Virus record (IMG/VR): IMGVR_UViG_3300032038_000016
Location: 66,668-130,667 of that record
Direction: 5' to 3' (one strand)
DNA length: 64,000 nt
DNA from: a virus
Lineage: Duplodnaviria > Caudoviricetes
Shown here: positions 9,285-18,200 of the stretch, one piece after another
Position numbering within the stretch: position 1 is the stretch's first letter
Layout: each line of letters begins with the position of its first letter
Made by a program: the position numbers and the translations under genes
Notes under the pieces: model-generated
What the model was told of the DNA's origin: nothing
The model's database searches: none
What the model saw: the letters and a program-made list of their open reading frames with translations, nothing else

Positions 9285-12200
9285 ATGCCAAATGATAAGA
9301 AGAAAAGAAATATATTAGCTCAAACTGCGTGGATTGCGAAAGAAGCTGGTAAAGAATCATTTCTTAATGATTATACATCCAACATTTCACAATTGGCACA
9401 AGACACCAAGATGATTAGTGAAACATTGATGGCTGGTAAAACAAAAGTCAGAGATGTGTTTACCGATATGAAACAGAATGGTGGTAAGAAATTCGCTGAT
9501 TGGTTCTTCGATCGTGGTGATGAGTTCTCAGATGGTGATTTGTCAACAGACAGCGATTCTGATTTTGACGCTGGTTTTGATATTGATAACGGTGGTGAAG
9601 ATTCTGGTCCACCATCACAAATCCTTGATGCAGATTCCATGAAAGGAATTGCACGTGGACAAGTCAGTGCCATGTACAATATTGCAGGCAAACAAGCAGA
9701 AGCAGCCATGATGAATGCTTCTCAAATTACATCTGAAATTAATGGAAGAGCTAGTGAGATTATTACATCAATCAATAATCTAAATAAATCAGTTATTTCC
9801 ATTTCTGAAAAATTAGATTCATTATTGAAATTACAATCAGCTGTTGCAGAAGCAAACGCTGAACAAACATCACAATTGTCCGAAGGTGGAGGTAAACAGA
9901 GAGGAATTTATAATGAACAAGGAAAGGTAACACTTGGATCATTCTTTAATTATCAAAAGCAAAGAGTATCCGACATGAGTGACACTGTTAAAATGTTCTT
10001 GGATCCAGCTCAATGGTCACCGGCAACAGTATTATCCTCACTCATAGATATGACCGGAGTCAAAGATAAAAAGATATTTGGTAAATCAAATGGTGAAGGT
10101 GAGCATAAAGATGATAACAAAGTTTCATACAATGAAATGATGAAGACCATCAATGATACATTGGATGTTACTTTGGAAAAGTATTTAACCAAAGCAACTG
10201 AACCACCTGCTTGGTTGAAGAAGATACCCGGATTTGATTTATTTGGCGGATTTATTGAAGATTTGTTTCGAGGTGATCGTGGTGATGCAAGACGTCAAGC
10301 AAACGATCGTCAATCGTATATTACCGATACCTATAACACGAAAGAAGCAAAGTTTGATGGTATTGTTCGTCAATCGATTGTTGAAATCATTCCCGGATAT
10401 TTACAACAAATCGTCGGTGCTTTAACTGGTGAAGATTTCCATGTTGATCGTCATGGTCATTTATCCAACAAAAAAGAATCTGATGTGGAAAAAATGCAAT
10501 CATTTGATACATCGGTGTATTCTCGTTCTGCATTGGATAGTGATGATCGATCAGATTTCTTGAAAGGTTTAAAAGCTGAAACATATACGGTTGCGAATAA
10601 AGATGGTGGTACACAAACAAAGAAGAATCCATATATTGAAAAGATGACTGCTTCAGCAACTGATGCTGCAATGCAATCATTTATGTTTTGGGCAATTCAA
10701 TACTTCACTGAAGAACATCCTCGAATGGAAGTAATTCATGGATTAAAAACACCGGAATTCTGGCAATATATCAGCAAAAACATGTCGGCGAATATTGATA
10801 TTCCAGGATGGAATAAAGACGTAATTAAATTTTATATTGCACAATTGCGATATCAAATTACGAATAATGATAAATCAAATGTTCATACAGCTCGTATCAT
10901 TCGCCAAGCATGTGAAGCCGAAACAAAGGCCAAAGAATCATTTTATGCAAATGCTGCAGCAAAAGGACAAATTGAGAATGTTCCAGACTTAACCCCTCAG
11001 AACATTTCAAAGTTATTGGCTTCTAAACAAGATTTACAAATTGAGACATCAAACTTCAATGAAGAACGTCAAAAAGCTATTGAAGATATTAATGCAAAAA
11101 CGGAAGAGAGATTGAAGAATGGTGCAATCGATGAAACAGTTGGTGATCGGAAATTTCATATTGATCAAAGTGCACCAAGAATTGGTGCATTAAAAGAAAA
11201 ATATGAAAAAGAATTAGCAGAATATAAACAAGCATTGTTGGATAGTATGGAATCATCCATGACAGGAGCCGATGGAAAGAAATTAAACTTCTCCGAATGG
11301 CAAAAGCAATTGGAGAAGAAAGGCCAAGAAGACACTTCCAAAATGGATACGATGTCCGGAATATTATCCAAAGATGCACCAATTCCAAAATTCCATGCAA
11401 ATGTAATAGGTAGATTGGATACGATCATTGATCTTCTTGGTAGTAGTAAAAAAGGTAAATCTAAAGTATATACGAAGTATCGTCAAGCTCGTGATGCAGA
11501 ACTTGCTGCAGAAGAAGCTGCAAGAAAAGAAGCTGAAAATGCAACAACAATCGATACAGGCAATAATGATAATACCAATAATGATAATACCAATGACAAC
11601 AATGGTGGTGATAACAAAGGTGGAAATAAAGAAGATGATAGTGGTGGGGATGATGATGAACCCCCTCCTATTGTTAGAGAGGATCCTGGTTTTGCAAAAG
11701 AAATGAAATCCACAATCTCCCAATTCGACATCAAGGGAGGTTTAAAAGAAATTATTTCAGCACCATTTGCTGCAGTATCATCATTATTCGAGAAAGCAAA
11801 AAAGAAGATCACAAAATCTCCCGAAGATCAATCATCAAATGGCAATAGTAATGATGAGGATAAAGAAGAAGAAAAGAAAGAGAAACAAGAGAAAGAACAA
11901 GCAGAAGATGCTGCTGTTGTACAAGCTGCGTCAAGTGTCAGTACCAATCTTTCACAAGATGGAGAATCTGATTCTAAAGAAAAATCATTGATTTCTAGCG
12001 CATTGGATCATATTAAAAATCCCGGATTGAAAAAGATTGTAAAATCCATTCATGCTAAAGGTGCAGATGCAATCACAGAAGCTCAAGAAAAAGCCGATAA
12101 GAAAGGTGGAATTATTGGTAAGCTTTTTGGTAGTGGTGGACTCCTCGCAATTGCTGGCAAAAAATTAATGGATTTTGTAAAGAATTTTATTGCAAAGCCA

Positions 12201-15200
12201 TTCATTAATATTGTCGGAAAACCATTCTTACAATTCTTGAAAGACGGCATCAGTCATGGTTTCAAAAATGTGAAAGAAGGATTTTCCGAATTATTTAACA
12301 TTAAAAAGAAAGATCCAGAGCAAGTCAAAAAAGAAACAGATGAAGAAAAGACAAGAAAAACAATTCAAGATATTATACCAGCATGGTTGGGAAGTATAAA
12401 AGAAGCAATTGAGAATATTGGTAAACCAAAACCCGAACAACCTACTGGTGGGACAAACAACACACAAGAAAATACTGAATCAGATGGTCAAAACCAAGAA
12501 ACCTGGTATGATAAACTCAAAGCAAAAGCATCTGGTGTCAAAACAAAAATTGGTGAGAAACTTTTTGGAACAGAGAATAATCGAACAAAATTAGGTGGCT
12601 TCGTTGATAACGTTAAAAAAAATCCGGTGATTGGAGCAATTGGAAAAATACTTGGGCCACTTGGTAAAATAGCCTTGGGTGTTGGCCAAATTATTGCATC
12701 GGTTGTAATGGGATTTGCAGCAGTAAAGTCTTTCTCTAAATTTGTAACAAACGTTTTGACCAAGAGTCTAAAGGGACTCGAGAAAGGTGTTTCCAAGATT
12801 CTAAATGCTGTAAAACCAATTGTCACAATTATTGGTAATTTCATATCGAAGATTTCAGATTTTGCATCAAAAATTGTTGATTCACTATCTGGTATTTTAG
12901 GAACATTAATGGGTGTTGTTGGACGTGTATTAACGACAATATTGGATTCGTTAACACCATTCTTTGATGCAATATTGACAGTACTAGATACTGTAGTTGA
13001 TATCGTAACACCAATTCTTGATATTATTATTGAAGCATTGAGTCCGATATTAGACACATTAGGTGAATTTCTTTCTTCTGTCGGCGATATCATGAAGGAC
13101 GTATTAGCACCATTTGTAGAAATTATTGGAGAACTACTCGTTCCTGTTTTAAAACTTGTTGCACCATATTTTGAACTTGTAACATCCGTATTGTCAACTG
13201 TTGCTAAATTCATATCAGGGACATTGAAAACAACTGTTGTTCCAATTTTGAAAACAATTGCAAATGCTGTTGGCTTGGTTGCTGATGGAATTAAGAGGAT
13301 TATTGGATTTGGTAAGAAAATATTAGGCGGACTCATCAGCGGTATTGGACGACTCATGAAGGGTGTTGGTACACTAACTTTCAATAAGAACCTCAAGCAA
13401 AAAGGTGATGAGTTAATCAAAGCTGGTGGTGATAAAGTCCAAGAAGGCCAAGAAAAGATGAATGCTGCTGATGAATCGTTTGGTAAGCGCATAGAAAAGC
13501 AGAAGGAGATCGATAGGTCCTCAATTCTTAATAAAGAAAAACAACATGAAGTTGGTAATGCTGCTGCTAAAGAAATAGGTAATTTAGCGGGAAAGGCTAT
13601 CAACACAATACCTATTGTAAATGTTACAAACGCTGTAATGGATACTGATATTGGTGGTGCAATTGGAAAAACAGGAGCTAATGTTGTTAATGCAGGCCGA
13701 GATCTCTATTATGGTTCAAAAATTCCTGATGTTGATCCAACAAAGGTAACAGGATCTGGTGATGAAGCTATTGAATATCAATCTGGTGTATTGGAAGAAA
13801 TTCGTGACTATGTTGCGGTTGTTCCTGAAATGTTAACGACTGGATTCAAGATATTTAAACCCATTATTCAATTAATTGCAACTGGTATTAAAGCAATTGC
13901 AGCTCCTATCACAATTATTGCAAAAATCATATCCGTGATCGCTGCTCCATATGCTAAGTTATTTAGTAAGATTGGTAATTTGTTATTTGGTAAAAATGAT
14001 GATGAACAAAGTGGTGACGGTATTCATCAAACAGAAACAATGCCAAAGAATGGAGCAATACCAAAGATCGATAATTCTAAGATTGGTGAAATCAATATCG
14101 ATGTACGTGGTTCTGGTGATACTGATATCTCTAGTGATACACAAGAATTGATCAATGTATTTAAACCAGTATCTGATGATGTACTTGATGTATTAATCGA
14201 TATTCGAAATGCATTGGTTGGCGGTATCGGTGGAGGCACTAGTGGTGACGGATCCGGTAAAGGAAAATCATCATTACCTGGTGGATTGATTGATAGTCGT
14301 ACCGGTTCCATGTATTCCGATAGTATGACTGGTGCTGGATTTGGTGCATCACAAGGTTCGAACATTGCACTTGCATCAACACCTGGATCCACAAGTGAAT
14401 TCCAAGATAATACAGAAGGTACTTATGGTGAAAAGATTCTGAATACTGGTGGATTGAATGGTGTCATCAGTAACATTCGTGACAATTCTGTTTCAGTATT
14501 AAAGTCTGTTAAGGAAGATCGCTTGGGTATATTCCCTGTACTATCTGCATCATTATCTCCAATCTCTGCAACATTGATGAGTTTCTTCTCAGCATTTGTA
14601 AAAGTTTATCTACCAACATTTGCATCATTGGTAAATGATATCGCAATGCCGTTGCTCAAACAATTTGTCAAATATCATGATGATTATACCGATTTCCAAT
14701 ATAAGATTCAATTGCCGATGTTATCATCCGTACGTGTTAACATGGTTCCTAAGATTCAATCTCTATTAGCACAGCTGGAGGTATTGCTTGGTGCAATGCA
14801 ATCTGGTATGGGACAAATCTTAGCTGGACAAGGAATGATCTTAATTGCATTGAATCAACCAGCAATGGGTGAAACATTATTCAAAGCAGCAGGTGGTTTG
14901 GCAGCAGCTGGGTTAAATGTAATGATGTCTGGTGTTACTGCACAAGCAAATCTTGTATCAAAGCAATTGGATAATACTAACCAACCTATTTCTGAATTGT
15001 ATGAGCCTCAAGGTACTCCAGAAAATAATGGTGAAGAAGAACCATCTGAAGAACCAACTCCTGAAAATACACCACAAACCGAACCTTCCAATCCTACTAA
15101 TCCAACTCCAACTCCTGAACCAACTCCGCAAGATGAACCACAAACTGAACCATCTAATCCTACTAATCCAACTCCATCAAATCCTGATGGTACAAGTCCT

Positions 15201-18200
15201 GATACAACACCTTCACCTTCACCTTCACCTAGTCCTTCTTCGGAACCAGAACCAGAGCCATCGCCGAGTCCTACCCCAACTCCTAATACTAATCCTAATA
15301 CTAATCCTGGACAATCTCCTACCCCAACTCCTAATACTAATCCTAATACTAATCCTGGACAATCTCCTACCCCAACTCCTAATACTAATCCTAATACTAA
15401 TCCTGGACAATCTCCACAAATTGAACCAACTCCTACTCCTACACCAATTCCTGAACCTGGCACAAAACCTGATACAACACCTCAGCCACCCCCACCCGTT
15501 ATTGATACAAATAGTGTTGGTTATCATCCATTAACAGATGTAACTGGTGGTGGTGATTCACAAGGATCCTATGGTGGATTCATGAATATGGGTAAACGTG
15601 GATGTGGTCCATTAGCATTAGCTGATGCATTGGTTCGTCGTGGTAGCGGTAATGTCGATACACGTGCATTAACAAAATCAATGGCTGCTTCCGGTGCATA
15701 TTCACAAACTCGTGGAACAAGTGTTGGTGGATTCATCAACTATGCAAGATCCATGGGTGTGGGATATCAAATTGGTGGTGTGACGAATAATTCGTTACGT
15801 CGTGCATCTCCAAATAATCCAATCACTCTCGTTGGTAGTGGCGGAGGATTTGGTACCAGAAATGGTAATAATCACTACATCAACGTGATTGGTACAGACG
15901 GTGCAGGTGGTGCATATGTATCTAACCCAATGACTGGGCGGATTGAACGTCGTTCTGTTGGTGATTTAACTGCTGGATCAATTATGGGATTATATGGATC
16001 TGGTGATGTTGAGCCATATGACATTTATGATTTATATGGTAATGGACCAACAACAGCCACATCTGCTATACAAGTTCAAACAAATTATGGATCTCCATCT
16101 CCGTATGGAACAAGCACAACAGTTGATGGTACGAGATATAGCTCATCTAATGCGACATACAATAGAATTAGTTCAAATCTTGCTTCACAAATCATTGCCT
16201 ATGTTCCAAGTAGTACTCAAGAGGCGATTAATACAGCATATAAGTTATGGGCTGCAAATAATAAAGATCACGTACAAACATACAATACAGCTGCAAAATG
16301 GTTAGCGAAACAAATACAAGACGGTGGTACAACGGGATTATATTGGCCGATATTCACAGATGAAGAAAAAGCAGCAGTAAATGGCGCCGTTCTTAAAGCA
16401 ATTTACGATACAAAGTTCAAATATGGCAATGTCACATCAACAGAAACTGGAGAATCTGCCGGTACATTATCAGGTAGCACAAGTGGTGGATTAACTCAGA
16501 AAGAGGCAGCAAAGAGACTTGCTGAATTGAAAGTAAGTAATCCAGATCTATACAACCAACTTGTTGAAGCATACAATATGCAAGTAGCAAATGGTAAACT
16601 AAGTCCTGATTCACAACCAATGGATTGGTGGGTTGCTCATAATAGTGGGCAATTTGATCCCGAAAAGGGCAACTTTGAAACATTGGTAAAACTGTTATCA
16701 AGTTCCATAATAAGTAGCTATAATAAACCCGGTGGTTCATCAGGTAGTGAAGATGGAACCTCTGCAGATGGAACATCATATGCATCTAGTGGTGTTAGTG
16801 CTGGCTATAGCGGTGCTGGAATAGGATATGGTGTGCCTGGATTTACCGTCATTGGTGTCACAAACGGTGCTTCGGGAACATACAAAACGCAATATAGCGG
16901 TAAAGATGATGAACGTTATGTTGCTGAAAATGTTGATCCTGAATCATTAAAGAAAGAAGCAGGTAATCCATATCGTGCATTTGCAGAATCAATGAAGAAA
17001 CTTCAGAATGTATTCAATAACATTTTGAATATCTTCACAGGTGGTAATAATAACAAAGTTCGTGACGTATTAGAAGAAGAAGCAAATAAGGAAAGTGAAC
17101 AAACTTCTCGTGAGTATCTGGGTAATGAAGCATATGAAGAATATGAACCAGTGGCATACAAACTTTACCAAGATGAACATCCTCAAAATGCAAATGAATC
17201 TGATGAAAATTATGCAAAACGTTTACAAGGTGGCTGGACTGATGCTGTGAGACGGAAATACATGAAACGTGTTTCCAAGAATGATTTGAAGAAGACCAAT
17301 GGTTTATATCAAACTTCCATGATTGATGCTGCTAATGGTGTATCATCATCTACATGGGGTGATTATGATAAAGAGCAAGGTCTTTGGACCAATAGCGCAT
17401 TAGGCGGTATTAACTACAACGGTGTTGCAACTGTGAATGGTGGTATCGGTTCATTAATGATCAACTCTGGTGTTGGTGGTTCATCATATGCCGGAGGAGG
17501 AACTGGTGCTTTGTCAGGTGGAGCTACTGGTACTGCTGCTAATGGCGGTACAATGGCATCTGGTGATGGAGCCATCATGGATACGAGTAGTTACACACAA
17601 GAAATTACAGATGTCAATATTCAAGCTGGAGCAACCGGAATGCTACAGTCTCCAGTACATGAATTCTTCTCAAAAACTGGTGGTGCTGCTGTTGAATATG
17701 CAAGTAGCGGCGATCAAAACTGGTATGTTTATAGAGGTGGACCATTAGCCAATAATAAAGGTGAAGGTACAACATCAGATGTGCACAAAGGTATCGATAT
17801 TTGGACAATTCCAAAAGACAAACGTGAAGGTGGCGCAGAACTGCATGCTATCACAGGAGGAACCGTTGTTGATGCTCGTGGTGGCGGTAAACGTGAAAGT
17901 GATAGTTCCAATAATGGTGGTTGGGGTAATACTGTTGCTTGGACAGATAGTGCTGGATATAAACATAGATATGCTCATATGTATGAAGATCCATCTGTTA
18001 AAGTTGGTGACACAATTGCACCTGGTCAATTACTTGGTCATATGGGTGATACCGGTTATTCACGTGGATCTCATTTGCATTATCAAGTTGAAACAGCTTC
18101 AGGCCAACCTGTGAATCCATTAACATACTTCGAATATCGTGCTCCATCACAACCGTTAACATCAAATAATTCTTCGTATGATTCAACATCAACTGTTGAT

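Noticed and set aside
12488-13606. 372-aa antisense ORF inside the tape-measure gene
   Set aside because: Shadow frame of a biased coding strand, with no SD or recognisable motif. The same applies to the many short antisense ORFs in the track.
15270-15413. 48-bp repeats as a possible CRISPR array
   Set aside because: Units are contiguous with no spacers and are in frame within a CDS.
14932-15534. 200-aa Leu/Ile-rich ORF resembling a membrane protein
   Set aside because: Alternative-frame reading of the Pro/Thr/Asn linker.
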